Positions 1 to 9,243 are shown, counted from the first letter of the stretch. The stretch is DNA of 64,000 nucleotides from Oscillospiraceae bacterium (GCA_017408855.1 JAFQTW010000069.1:5858-69857); one strand, 5' to 3'. Notes: generated from the sequence alone by a model not told the origin. A program made the numbers and translations.

Positions 1-1117
1 AGGGGATGACGATGGTGGTTTCACCGGCGGCGGAGGTCCCGGCGCTCTCGCTCACCGGCTGACCGTCCTGCCACAGCGCAAAGACATAGCCCGCGGGCGA
101 AGCGGTCTTGCCGTCAGACGTTTCCACCGTCTTTTTGATGCGGACGGTCACCGAAGCATCGGCGTACCGGTTTTGGATGTCCGCTTCGATCCTGCCGCCC
201 GAAACGGTCAGCGCCGAGCTGGCGGACTCGATACCGCCGATCTGCAGCTTGCCGTCCATTTCCGGAGCGGTGAGGGTGATGTCAAAGTAAAAGTCCCGGG
301 GCGAGGCCAGACCGGTCCCGGTCATGCCGCCGGTCTCGCTCAGACGAAATGCCCACACGCCGCTCTTATTGAAGGGGACCCCCTGCAGCGCCGCGGTCAG
401 ATCGAACTTGTCAAAGTCCGGATCGGTGGGCTGCCCGTTTTGATCCAGCGCACAGACCACGGTGTCCTCGCCGGCAGTCTGCCAGCCGGATTCACCGGGC
501 GCGCGGAAATACAGCGTAAAGGTAACGGTGTCGCCGTCCTCCCAGTCACGACCCACAAGGGATTTTCGTCCGGTCAGCGAAAGGGCAGAAGGGTCTGCCG
601 CCGCCGGCTGGTAAACGTTCACATAAACCGCCGAAGCCGGCTCGTTTTTCAGGATGGCGATATCCCGGGTGGTCTGATTTTCCGGCTCGGGCTTGACCGC
701 AAAGCCGTCGGTGAGACCCACCTCCCGCAGGGGAAAGCTGCCCTCCGGAAGCCCCGTTACGGTAAGACTGCCGCCGGGCGCCACCTGCAGGGTCACGGTG
801 CCGTTTTGGTCGGCGGTGACGGTGCTGCCGCCGGCAGAGAAACTGCGGTTGGCGTGATCTTTTCCCAGCGCAAGCTCGAAGGTAAAGGCAAGGTCATCGG
901 GCAGGACAAAGTCCTCGCCCAGCGGATGCTCGAGGGTTTTTCGCAGGGTCAGACTGCCCTCGGGCGCAAGACCCGACAGGAAGGTGTTGACCACATCGGA
1001 AGTGCGGGCAAAAAGGAACGCGGCCGTCTCGCCCAGACCGGTGCCGAGGAGAATCAGCAGGCAGAGAAACACTGCCGCCGCCCGCAAAAGCACAGGTCGT
1101 TTGATGCTGTTTTCCAA
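1..1117 (-). CDS. pilin-like surface protein with SipW-type signal peptide and Spy0128/FctA-like isopeptide domains; 3' end lies beyond the window
   Basis: Absent from the ORF track because it runs off the left edge. The minus-strand frame from TTG 1117 (AGGAGG 7 nt upstream) is open down to position 1. It reads MENSIKRPVLLRAAAVFLCLLILLGTGLGETAAFLFARTSDVVNTF..., then LTGRKSLVGRDWEDGDTVTFTL, VWAFRLSE and DFYFDITL, which are typical of Gram-positive pilin isopeptide domains. Confidence 0.6.
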   Translation of the reverse strand, partial: MENSIKRPVLLRAAAVFLCLLILLGTGLGETAAFLFARTSDVVNTFLSGLAPEGSLTLRKTLEHPLGEDFVLPDDLAFTFELALGKDHANRSFSAGGSTVTADQNGTVTLQVAPGGSLTVTGLPEGSFPLREVGLTDGFAVKPEPENQTTRDIAILKNEPASAVYVNVYQPAAADPSALSLTGRKSLVGRDWEDGDTVTFTLYFRAPGESGWQTAGEDTVVCALDQNGQPTDPDFDKFDLTAALQGVPFNKSGVWAFRLSETGGMTGTGLASPRDFYFDITLTAPEMDGKLQIGGIESASSALTVSGGRIEADIQNRYADASVTVRIKKTVETSDGKTASPAGYVFALWQDGQPVSESAGTSAAGETTIVIP

Positions 1118-1245
1118 AAAACCGCCTCCTTTTCAAGTGGTTTTGCCGCAATAGGCGGGCAAAAAGCACAGCAGGATATGCCCTTTGCCCGCCGTCCGTC
1201 CGAAGACGGGCGAGCGGAAAGAATATGGAAGAAAGATGTGATCCA

Positions 1246-2397
1246 TTATTTGATGGTGACAGCAGGGATATTGCCGCCGCGGATGATGCCGTCGGTGTTG
1301 TCAACATAGTAGACAGGATCGCCGCCGTTCATGGTGCAGCTGTTAAAGGTGACGGACAGACCGTTGGAGCCGGCCAAAACAACGCGGTTGTTGAACTCAC
1401 AGTCGTTGAACACGGCGGGGCTGTAAACACGGATGCCGTTATCGGACCAGATGTTGGTAGAAGCAGTATTTTCGAACACGCAGTCATTGAAGGTCACAGT
1501 ACCGGTCATATCCTTGTTTGCACCGATCTGAATCTTGCCGGACTTGAAGGTGCAGTTATCGAACACCAAATCGCCAAACAGCTCGTCGTAGTGAACGGCA
1601 GAATTTTCCGCGCCGGTATCGAAGGTGCAGTTGGTAAAGGTGGCATCGTTGATGTACATATAGTTCATGTTAGCGGTGAAGGTACAGTCAACAAAGTCGA
1701 TGTTGCGGTCTTTATAATATCTGCCGTTGAAAAAGTTTTCGGTGATCTCCGCGCCATTTACAATGATGTCCTTTTCCCCGGATTCCAGAGCAGCTTTCAG
1801 CTCGTCAGCGCTTTTGGTCAGAGTGGGAACCTCCGCCTCGGCTCTGCCGTTAGAACCCCACTGGGTGTTGTAAGCGGCGTAAGCGGTTTTGACATCGGCA
1901 AAGTTGTCCTTCTGGATGCCGTAAGCGGCAATGTGGATCAGGGGATTGCCGTCGGTTTTGATGTTCCAGTTTACTTTGGTAGCGGTGCCGTCGACCACGC
2001 GGTACATCTCACCCTCGGGGTCGATGTCGATCTGCGCGTCGAGATACACTTTGAACAGAGAGGGCAGAGTGGTCTCGCCTTTGGTCAGCGCTTTGTTGTA
2101 CAGCAGAATGTAGTGTTGTAAAAAAACGCCGTCGATGGTCTCCTGATATACGTTCTGGTCTTCGCCCAGGCTGTCGAAAACGTTCCAGGTCTTGTTGGCA
2201 GCGGTGATCTCAACGCCGGGGATCAGAGCAGCGCCCTGTCCGAAGGCCTCGTTCAGAGAGATGTCCACGTTGCCAACGGTGAATACGTTGGTTTTTGCGT
2301 CGCGGTCGGTCAGATAGGCAACCGTGCCGGCAACAGAAAGTCCTGCTACCAGAACCATTGCAAGGACCAGCGCCACGATCTTTTTGATGTTTTTCAT
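1246..2397 (-). CDS. TasA/camelysin-like protein with SipW-type signal, fused to C-terminal Cys-containing solenoid-like repeats
   Basis: 383 aa. The N-terminus has a TM segment followed by GTVAYLTDRDAKTNVFTVGNVDISL (camelysin/TasA-type signal and first strand). Residues ~205-383 carry six F-x-[ND]-C-x-[FM] repeats spaced 19-27 aa apart. Confidence 0.7.
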   Translation of the reverse strand: MKNIKKIVALVLAMVLVAGLSVAGTVAYLTDRDAKTNVFTVGNVDISLNEAFGQGAALIPGVEITAANKTWNVFDSLGEDQNVYQETIDGVFLQHYILLYNKALTKGETTLPSLFKVYLDAQIDIDPEGEMYRVVDGTATKVNWNIKTDGNPLIHIAAYGIQKDNFADVKTAYAAYNTQWGSNGRAEAEVPTLTKSADELKAALESGEKDIIVNGAEITENFFNGRYYKDRNIDFVDCTFTANMNYMYINDATFTNCTFDTGAENSAVHYDELFGDLVFDNCTFKSGKIQIGANKDMTGTVTFNDCVFENTASTNIWSDNGIRVYSPAVFNDCEFNNRVVLAGSNGLSVTFNSCTMNGGDPVYYVDNTDGIIRGGNIPAVTIK

Positions 2398-2440
2398 AAC
2401 AGATGCCGTCCTTTCTCGGATTTATAAAAATGGTAAAGGG

Positions 2441-3181
2441 TTACGGATTAGGTGTCGCAGGGGGATCCAGCTGTGCGACCATGGCATCCCACGCCGTTTT
2501 TGCCGAAGCAGTCAGCTCTTCTGCCGAGGGGTTCTCCAGCTTCTCGCCGGAAGCGGGGTCCTTCGGCTCGAACCCGGCGTACTGCATGGCGTAAGCGGTC
2601 ACAGTCAGCTTGGGGTAGACGGTCTCGTCCGCCGCTGCCTGTCCGTTCTTGTCCAGCGCGTTGAGCATTTCCTTGGTCACGGTGCCGTTTACGGTGACCG
2701 TGTTGTCCTTGAGCACGTCAAAGGTCTGCTCGGTGTCGGCGGGTTCGGCGATCCGGTAGTACACAGTGGTCAGATCGCTGTTGTCGCCGTCATCGATGGC
2801 GGTCCACTTTTCGCCGTCGACGGAAAAAGAAAGGTAGTCATCGAATTTGTATTCGGTGCCGTCAACGGTAACGTTTTCGCTTTTCTGCAGCTTGGCGAAC
2901 AGATAGATCTTTTCGCTGCCGGCTAAAACGGTAACGGTGGGATTTTTGGGCAAAACAGCGCCGGGGATCATCTTGTAGGTATTTTCGGTCACACGGGTGG
3001 CGGGATCGAGACTGCCGTCGGGCAAAAGCTTGCTCTCGTCCAGTTTCAGATCTACGTCGCCATAGGTAAAGGTGTTGACCACCGCCTCCCGGTCGGTGAA
3101 AAAAGCCACCGTGCCCAACACCGATACGCATACCAGTACCAGTGCCGACAGGATGGCCGAAAGGATCTTGAGTTTTTTCAT
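2441..3181 (-). CDS. TasA/camelysin family protein (SipW-dependent signal)
   Basis: 246 aa. The N-terminus MKKLKILSAILSALVLVCVSVLGTVAFFTDREAVVNTFTYGDVDLKL matches the TasA/CalY N-terminal pattern. It lies directly downstream of sipW. Confidence 0.7.
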   Translation of the reverse strand: MKKLKILSAILSALVLVCVSVLGTVAFFTDREAVVNTFTYGDVDLKLDESKLLPDGSLDPATRVTENTYKMIPGAVLPKNPTVTVLAGSEKIYLFAKLQKSENVTVDGTEYKFDDYLSFSVDGEKWTAIDDGDNSDLTTVYYRIAEPADTEQTFDVLKDNTVTVNGTVTKEMLNALDKNGQAAADETVYPKLTVTAYAMQYAGFEPKDPASGEKLENPSAEELTASAKTAWDAMVAQLDPPATPNP

Positions 3182-3207
3182 TTGTATCCCTCCAACCTTT
3201 TTTCTCT

Positions 3208-3708
3208 CTATTGGGATTTCGTTTCCTGCAGAAGATCCGGCAGGAAGATCAGCAAAAGCAGAAACAGCCCCGCGCCGATGGAAGCAAATCGCCCCGAGCG
3301 GGTCTGCAGAAAGACCGACAGATAGCCCAGATACGGAACGGTGAACACCGGCGTTCCGATGATCTGTGCCGGCGAGACCGGCGAAGCGTCAGCCACATCG
3401 TTGGCATCGCCCTTGGTCACAAAGGACAGGGTGCCCTTTTCGTTTTTCACCTCGATGATGCGGTGGGTGGCAACGGTGCTGTCGGTCAGGCGGTAGGTGA
3501 TCACGTCCTTCTCCTGCAGCGTGGCGGGATCGGTCTCTTTCACATAGATGGTCGAGCCGGTGTGGTATTGCGGCTCCATCGAGCCGGACAAAACGGTGAA
3601 CACCTGCAGCCCGAACAGCCGGACCCCCACCAGCAAAAAGGCGAGGATAAGAACCAGAACCAGCAAAAGAGAAGATGCGATCCGCAAACCGCGGACAAAG
3701 TAAGACAT
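3208..3708 (-). CDS. sipW: signal peptidase I, SipW (archaeal/ER) type
   Basis: Motifs LSGSMEP, THRII and KGDAN, plus N- and C-terminal TM segments. I prefer ATG 3708 (GAAAGGCGGA RBS) over the TTG at 3726 used by the track. Confidence 0.8.
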   Translation of the reverse strand: MSYFVRGLRIASSLLLVLVLILAFLLVGVRLFGLQVFTVLSGSMEPQYHTGSTIYVKETDPATLQEKDVITYRLTDSTVATHRIIEVKNEKGTLSFVTKGDANDVADASPVSPAQIIGTPVFTVPYLGYLSVFLQTRSGRFASIGAGLFLLLLIFLPDLLQETKSQ

Positions 3709-3754
3709 GGAAGATCCGCCTTTCAAAAAGCATTAACAGCACAGAAAAACCTGT

Positions 3755-3773
3755 TCCTCTTAAAATAAGAGGA
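3755..3773. promoter_or_regulatory. perfect 7-bp inverted repeat TCCTCTT-5 nt-AAGAGGA in the sipW / HTH-regulator intergenic region
   Basis: Read directly from the sequence. It lies ~50 nt upstream of the sipW start. The half-site context GTTCCTCTT resembles the B. subtilis SinR half-site GTTCTYT. Confidence 0.3.
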
Positions 3774-3941
3774 CAAGTCCGAAAATATGCGCCGAATGTA
3801 AATATATTCCAATGAGTTTGTGAATATGGGATAACACATATTTTTATACATTTTAATAGAGCGGTAAAAATATTACGAAAAAGTGGTACAAAAATTTCCA
3901 CTATCCCTTCAAAATAGTGACAGAAGAAAGGTGGCGAGACC

Positions 3942-4250
3942 ATGGATGTCCATATGAGATTGCGGCAGCTGATGCAGGAGCGCGGCTGGAGCGAGTACCG
4001 TCTGGCGAAAAAATGCGGTCTGTCCGAATCCACATTGGCCAATGTGTTCCGCCAAAACACCGTTCCTTCGGTCAGCACCCTAAAGGCTGTGTGCGATGGA
4101 TTTGGCATCACGCTGGCACAGTTTTTTTCCGAGGGAGATACGGTGGAGATGACCGATGAGCTGAAAGAGCTGTTCGAGGGCTGGAAAGCTTTGAGCCCGA
4201 GACAGAAACGGGCAGTGCTGGAACTGATCCGCACCATGAACGAATCGTAA
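3942..4250 (+). CDS. XRE-family HTH transcriptional regulator (SinR-like position and size)
   Basis: 102 aa. HTH segment MRLRQLMQERGWSEYRLAKKCGLSESTLANVFRQNTVPSVSTLKAVCDGFGITLAQFF. RBS AAAGGTGG. Divergent from the sipW operon. Confidence 0.8.
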   Translation: MDVHMRLRQLMQERGWSEYRLAKKCGLSESTLANVFRQNTVPSVSTLKAVCDGFGITLAQFFSEGDTVEMTDELKELFEGWKALSPRQKRAVLELIRTMNES

Positions 4251-4253
4251 AAA

Positions 4254-4282
4254 AGCCGCGGCTGACTGCCGCGGCTTTTTTG
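4254..4282 (+). terminator. rho-independent terminator after the HTH regulator
   Basis: AGCCGCGGC-tgact-GCCGCGGCT followed by TTTTT. Confidence 0.6.
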
Positions 4283-4400
4283 CAGGCAAAAGAGAAGGTT
4301 TGCCCGGACCGGATTGTAACACATCCGCAGAAAAAGGGGTTTTCTCTGCGGAAAAGGAGTTTTTTTGCAAAAATTCGAGAAAAATTTACTTTTTCCCCCG

Positions 4401-4429
4401 TTGTGAAAACCGTTCTGAGCGGGTATAAT
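4401..4429 (+). promoter_or_regulatory. sigma-A type promoter for mreB
   Basis: TTGTGA, 17-nt spacer, TATAAT. Confidence 0.45.
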
Positions 4430-4529
4430 AAACTTGACTATGCGTCTTTGCGCATATTTGCCAACCGGCAGAACAAAACCGAACAACATTCCTTCAGATA
4501 CAAAAAATCCGAAAAGGGGGACAATCAAA

Positions 4530-5549
4530 ATGTTATTCACCAAAGACATCGGTATCGACCTGGGTACTGCCAACACCCTCATCTTCTCCAAAGGCAAGGG
4601 CATCATCATGCGCGAGCCTTCGGTCGTGGCTGTGGATGTCCGCTCTGACACCGTGAAATTCGTCGGTCAGGAAGCGAAGGACGTCATCGGCAGAACCCCC
4701 GGTTCCATCGTTGCGGTCCGTCCGCTGAAAGACGGTGTTATCGCCGATTTTGATATTACCGCCAGCATGCTGCAGCTGTTCATCAAAAAGGCCATGGGCA
4801 AAACCTGGTTCGTCCGTCCGAGAGTGGTCATCTGCATCCCCTCCGGCGTGACCGAGGTAGAGCGCCGCGCCGTAAAAGAGGCGACCCAGAAAGCCGGCGC
4901 CAAATACGTTTCCATCATCGAAGAGCCGATGGCCGCTGCCATCGGTGCCGGACTGCCCGTAGCCGAGGCCACCGGTTCGATGGTCGTTGACATCGGCGGC
5001 GGTACCAGCGAAGTGGCCGTCATCTCCCTCGGCGGCATCGTAGCGGCCCGTTCGGTCCGTGTAGGCGGCGACGAGTTCGATTCTTCCATCATCCAGTACA
5101 TCAAAAAGAAATACAACCTGCTCATCGGTGAAAGAACCGCCGAGGACGTGAAGATCCAGATCGGTTCCGCTTTCCCCTATGAGGACGAAGCCCCCATGGA
5201 GATCAAAGGCCGCAACCTGGTGGACGGTCTGCCCAAAAACATCATGGTAGAGCCTCACGAGATCCGCGAGGCGCTGGCCGATCCGCTGGAGATGGTGATG
5301 GATGCCATCAAGACCACCCTGGAGAGAACGCCCCCCGAGCTGAGTGCCGACATCATCGACCACGGCATCACCCTCACCGGCGGCGGTGCCCTCTTAAAGG
5401 GTCTGGATCAGCTGATCACCAAAGAGACCGGTATGCCCGTTTATGTTGCCGAGCGTCCGCTGGACTGCGTGGCTGACGGTGCCGGTACCGTTTTAGAGAA
5501 TCTGGAAAAACTGCGCGAAGTTCTGGCTGAGGACGATCGCCGCGGTTAA
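4530..5549 (+). CDS. mreB: rod shape-determining protein MreB
   Basis: [19 protein letters not shown]... is an actin-like ATPase. I use ATG 4530 with an AAAGGGGGA RBS rather than the track start at 4434. Confidence 0.95.
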   Translation: MLFTKDIGIDLGTANTLIFSKGKGIIMREPSVVAVDVRSDTVKFVGQEAKDVIGRTPGSIVAVRPLKDGVIADFDITASMLQLFIKKAMGKTWFVRPRVVICIPSGVTEVERRAVKEATQKAGAKYVSIIEEPMAAAIGAGLPVAEATGSMVVDIGGGTSEVAVISLGGIVAARSVRVGGDEFDSSIIQYIKKKYNLLIGERTAEDVKIQIGSAFPYEDEAPMEIKGRNLVDGLPKNIMVEPHEIREALADPLEMVMDAIKTTLERTPPELSADIIDHGITLTGGGALLKGLDQLITKETGMPVYVAERPLDCVADGAGTVLENLEKLREVLAEDDRRG

Positions 5550-5662
5550 GCTTGTGTTTTGAGGCGGCGGTGGCAAAGGACTCTCTCTTTGTTTTGGCAA
5601 AGGGGAGAAACAGCCATGGCCGCTTTTGTTTCCGCTGACCGAAAGAAAGGAGGTGCCGCGGT

Positions 5663-6598
5663 ATGATGGACTTTCTGCGAACCAAAAAATTCAAGATCAT
5701 CGCAGCCTTTGCGGTGATGCTCTGCGCCTTTATGCTGCGCGCCGCCTATACCGACGGCATCGCCACCTTTGGACAGCGGCTTTTGGGCGCGGTGGTCTAT
5801 CCGTTCCAGCTGGTCTCTTCCGAGATCTCTTCCGGCGTGACCGGGCTGATGCAGGGTCATCTGGAGGTGGAAGAGCTGGAGGAGGAAAACGCCCGCCTGA
5901 AAGAAGAGATCCGCCTTTTGCAGGACCAGATGGTCAACTACGAGGCGGTAAAAAACGAAAACCATCTGTATCGGCGTTTTCTCGACATCAAGGAGGAAAA
6001 CCCCGATTTCGAATTCTGTCCGGCCATGATCATCGGACGTGACGCCAACAGTCAGTTCGGCAGCTTTATCATCGACAAGGGCACCCTGCAGGGGGTGGAG
6101 CAGCGGGATCCGGTCATCACCTCCGACGGTCTTGTGGGCGTTGTGGAAGAGGTGGGCCTTACCTATTCCCGTGTGGCCACCATCTTCGACCCGGGTCTTA
6201 ACGTGGGCTCCTTCGTTTCCCGAACCCGCGATACCGGCATCGTTGCCGGCTCGGTGGAGCTGGCGCAGGAGGGACAGAGCAAGCTTTCCTATCTGCCCCG
6301 TCAAAGCGGCGCCGCCATCGGCGACATGGTACTTACCTCCGGCGGAAATGCCTTTCCCAAAGGGCTGAAGATCGGAACGATCAAAGAGATCAGCGTGGAA
6401 GAGCACGGCGTCAGCCTGTACGCGGTCATCGAGCCCTTTGCGGATATCTACAACTGCAAGGACGTGTTCGTCATCACCGGTTTCGAGGGACAGGGCATCG
6501 CCATCGGCGACGATCTGAGCGAGCAGCCGGCGGCACAGCCGCAGGAGGAAGCTTCCTCCTCTGCCGATGAGACCGCCTCACAGGAGGGCGGCCAATGA
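5663..6598 (+). CDS. mreC: rod shape-determining protein MreC
   Basis: Position after mreB. N-terminal TM, a coiled-coil (LEEENARLKEEIRLLQ), a beta-barrel region and an acidic tail. Confidence 0.9.
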   Translation: MMDFLRTKKFKIIAAFAVMLCAFMLRAAYTDGIATFGQRLLGAVVYPFQLVSSEISSGVTGLMQGHLEVEELEEENARLKEEIRLLQDQMVNYEAVKNENHLYRRFLDIKEENPDFEFCPAMIIGRDANSQFGSFIIDKGTLQGVEQRDPVITSDGLVGVVEEVGLTYSRVATIFDPGLNVGSFVSRTRDTGIVAGSVELAQEGQSKLSYLPRQSGAAIGDMVLTSGGNAFPKGLKIGTIKEISVEEHGVSLYAVIEPFADIYNCKDVFVITGFEGQGIAIGDDLSEQPAAQPQEEASSSADETASQEGGQ

Positions 6599-7119
6599 TC
6601 CGGAAACGCCGTCTTTGGCTGACCGCCAAATATCTGACCTATACCCTCACTATGATCCTTTTATACGCCATCCAGACCGCCCCGGGGCTGTTTTCGGTCA
6701 AAGGGATCCGCCCCATGTGGGTCATCCCCTTTGCGGTGGGCATCGCCATGTGCGAAGAGGCGCTGTCCGCTTCGCTGTTCGGCATGCTGGCGGGACTTTT
6801 GTGCGATCTTGGCACCCAGAGCCTTTTCGGGTTCAACGGGCTTTTGATGCTGGCGGGATGCTGCGCCATCAGCCTGCTGGCGACCCATCTGGTCAAAGCC
6901 AACTGGAAGAGCGCCCTTTTGCTGGGCGGTGCGCTGGCAGCCGCCAGAGCGCTTTTGGAGTTTTTCTTCTTCTATCTCATCTGGGGATACGAAAAAGTCC
7001 ATCTGATTTTTATACATTCTGTAATACCTACATTACTTTATACCGGACTGCTGACCCCGCTGTTTCTGTGGGCGGTACGTCCCTTCAAAGCATATTGCCA
7101 CAGCAAGTGGGAGGAATAA
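6595..7119 (+). CDS. mreD: rod shape-determining protein MreD
   Basis: Polytopic membrane protein of 174 aa. ATGA overlap with mreC. Confidence 0.8.
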   Translation: MIRKRRLWLTAKYLTYTLTMILLYAIQTAPGLFSVKGIRPMWVIPFAVGIAMCEEALSASLFGMLAGLLCDLGTQSLFGFNGLLMLAGCCAISLLATHLVKANWKSALLLGGALAAARALLEFFFFYLIWGYEKVHLIFIHSVIPTLLYTGLLTPLFLWAVRPFKAYCHSKWEE

Positions 7120-7155
7120 CACCCTCCCCTTTTTCATCGGTCAGGAGGTGAGGCA

Positions 7156-9180
7156 ATGGAGAAAAAAATCGATACAAGGCGTCTCGGCGTTCTGCTGAGC
7201 GTTTTGGCAGTGGCCTGCCTGCTGTTTGCTCTGGTTCTGATGAATGTGCAGATCGTTCACGGAAAGGACTATTCCGAGCTGGCCACCAAAGGCACCACCC
7301 GTACGCAGGTCATTTTGGCGGCCCGCGGCGAGCTGGTGGACCGGTACGGACGTCCCATCGTGCAAAACAAGGTCGGTTATAACGTGACCCTCGACAAGGC
7401 GTATCTGACCCGCGGCGAGGAAAACGAGATCATCCTGCGCCTGCTGGACCTGTTGGAACAGGCGGACGAGGAGTGGATCGACAAGCTCCCCATCACCACC
7501 GAGGCACCCTTTGCCTTTTACGAAGGGCAGGAGGATGCCATCGCCAAACTGAAGAATTTTCTGGAGGTCGGCGTCTACACCGGCGTTGAGGACGTGATGA
7601 GCTGGCTCATCGAGCGCTACGGGCTGGAGGAATATACCCCCGAAGAGCAGCGCCGTTTGGCGGGCGTGCGCTATCAGATGGAACGGCAGGGCTTTTCCAT
7701 CACCAACCCCTACACTTTAGCGGAGGATGTGGCTATCTCCACCGTCATCCAGATCAAGGAACGCTCTTTTGAACTGTCCGGCGTGATGGTGGTGGAAAGC
7801 ACCATCCGTGAATATGTCCAAGGGGACATCGCCCCCCATCTGGTGGGACGGATCGGTCCCATCTACGCGGAAGAATATGCCGAGCTGAAGGACAAAGGCT
7901 ACGCCATGAACGACATCATCGGCAAAGGCGGCATCGAAGAAGCCTTTGAGTCGGAGCTGCGGGGCGAAAACGGTCTGCGGACCATCACCCTCAACTCCAA
8001 CGGCGAGGTGGTCGATTCCACCGTGACCCAGTCGCCCAAGCCCGGTAATTCCATCATGCTGACCATCGACATCGACATTCAGCGGGCAGCGCAGCAGGCC
8101 ATGGAAGAGCAGATCCTCTGGCTGCAGGAAAACGGTGAAGAGGGCGAGGGCAAAGAGGCCACCGCCGGCGCGGTGGTCGCCATCGACGTAAAGACCGGCG
8201 AGGTGCTGGCCATGGCCAGCTACCCCACCTACAATCTGGACACCTTTAACGAGGACTACAACGACCTGCTGGCCAACGAGGACAATCCTCTGTTCAACCG
8301 CGCCCTGCAGGGAACCTACGCCCCCGGCTCGATCTTTAAGCCGCTGGTGGGCGTGGCAGGTCTGGAAGAGGGGCTCATCTCCCGCTACTACACCTACACC
8401 TGCAACCATGTTTACACCTATTACGAGGACTATCAGCCCACCTGTCTGGGCTGGCATCCCGGCTTTAACGTAATGGATGCGCTGCGGGTCTCCTGCAACA
8501 TCTTCTTCTATGATCTGGGCCGTCAGCTGGGCATCGATCCCATCGTGGACTATGCGGAAAAATTCGGTCTGGGCCAGCCCACCGGCATCGAGCTGCCCGA
8601 AGCGGCGGGACATATCTCCAGCCCCGAATTCTTCGATGAGCTGGACGAGCTTTGGAACCCCGGCGACGTGCTGCAGGCTTCCATCGGACAGGGCAAGAGT
8701 CTCTTTTCGCCGGTGCAGCTTGCCACCTATACCGCGACTCTGGCCAACAGCGGCGTGCGGATGCGCACCCATCTGGTCAAGAGCATAAAAACCTACAGCC
8801 TCGACGAAACGGTGGAGGATATCTCCCCCGAGGTCATGGCGGACGTGGAGCTGGAGCGCTCCACCGTCAACACCATCCGCGAGGGCATGATCCGCGCCTC
8901 CGGTCAGAACGGATACAGCGGTACCTCCGGCGCCTACTTCGGCGACTATCCCATTCCGGTCGCATCCAAGACCGGTACCCCCGAGACCAGCGCCTTCCCC
9001 AACGGTACCTACATCTGCTACGCGCCGGCCAACGATCCGCAGATCGCCGTTGCGGTGGTCATCGAAAACGGCTACCACGGATACTGGGGCGCCAGCGTGG
9101 CAAAGGCCATCTTCGACGAATATTTCTTCGGCAAGACCAACGATCAGCTGCCGGTGGAAACCGACACCTGGCTGCCGTAA
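7156..9180 (+). CDS. mrdA: penicillin-binding protein 2 (elongasome transpeptidase)
   Basis: 674 aa with an N-terminal TM. Transpeptidase motifs SIFK, SCN and KTGT. Sits in the mreBCD context. Confidence 0.9.
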   Translation: MEKKIDTRRLGVLLSVLAVACLLFALVLMNVQIVHGKDYSELATKGTTRTQVILAARGELVDRYGRPIVQNKVGYNVTLDKAYLTRGEENEIILRLLDLLEQADEEWIDKLPITTEAPFAFYEGQEDAIAKLKNFLEVGVYTGVEDVMSWLIERYGLEEYTPEEQRRLAGVRYQMERQGFSITNPYTLAEDVAISTVIQIKERSFELSGVMVVESTIREYVQGDIAPHLVGRIGPIYAEEYAELKDKGYAMNDIIGKGGIEEAFESELRGENGLRTITLNSNGEVVDSTVTQSPKPGNSIMLTIDIDIQRAAQQAMEEQILWLQENGEEGEGKEATAGAVVAIDVKTGEVLAMASYPTYNLDTFNEDYNDLLANEDNPLFNRALQGTYAPGSIFKPLVGVAGLEEGLISRYYTYTCNHVYTYYEDYQPTCLGWHPGFNVMDALRVSCNIFFYDLGRQLGIDPIVDYAEKFGLGQPTGIELPEAAGHISSPEFFDELDELWNPGDVLQASIGQGKSLFSPVQLATYTATLANSGVRMRTHLVKSIKTYSLDETVEDISPEVMADVELERSTVNTIREGMIRASGQNGYSGTSGAYFGDYPIPVASKTGTPETSAFPNGTYICYAPANDPQIAVAVVIENGYHGYWGASVAKAIFDEYFFGKTNDQLPVETDTWLP

Positions 9181-9189
9181 AAAGAAAAC

Positions 9190-9230
9190 AAAAAACCCCG
9201 TCTTTTTTCGAAAAAGACGGGGTTTTCTTT
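9190..9230. terminator. bidirectional terminator between PBP2 and asnA
   Basis: CCCCGTCTTTTT-tcg-AAAAAGACGGGG flanked by an A-run and a T-run. Confidence 0.6.
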
Positions 9231-9243
9231 ATTTTTATAAGGG

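Noticed and set aside
173-1309. 378-aa plus-strand ORF at the left edge
   Set aside because: The product is Arg/Gly/Ala-rich and lies opposite a minus-strand frame with a signal peptide and pilin-type domains. The minus-strand gene explains the region better.
3389-4651. 420-aa minus-strand ORF crossing the sipW 5' end, the AT-rich intergenic region, the HTH gene and the mreB start
   Set aside because: It runs through a terminator and two promoters and overlaps three well-supported genes. It shows no motifs.
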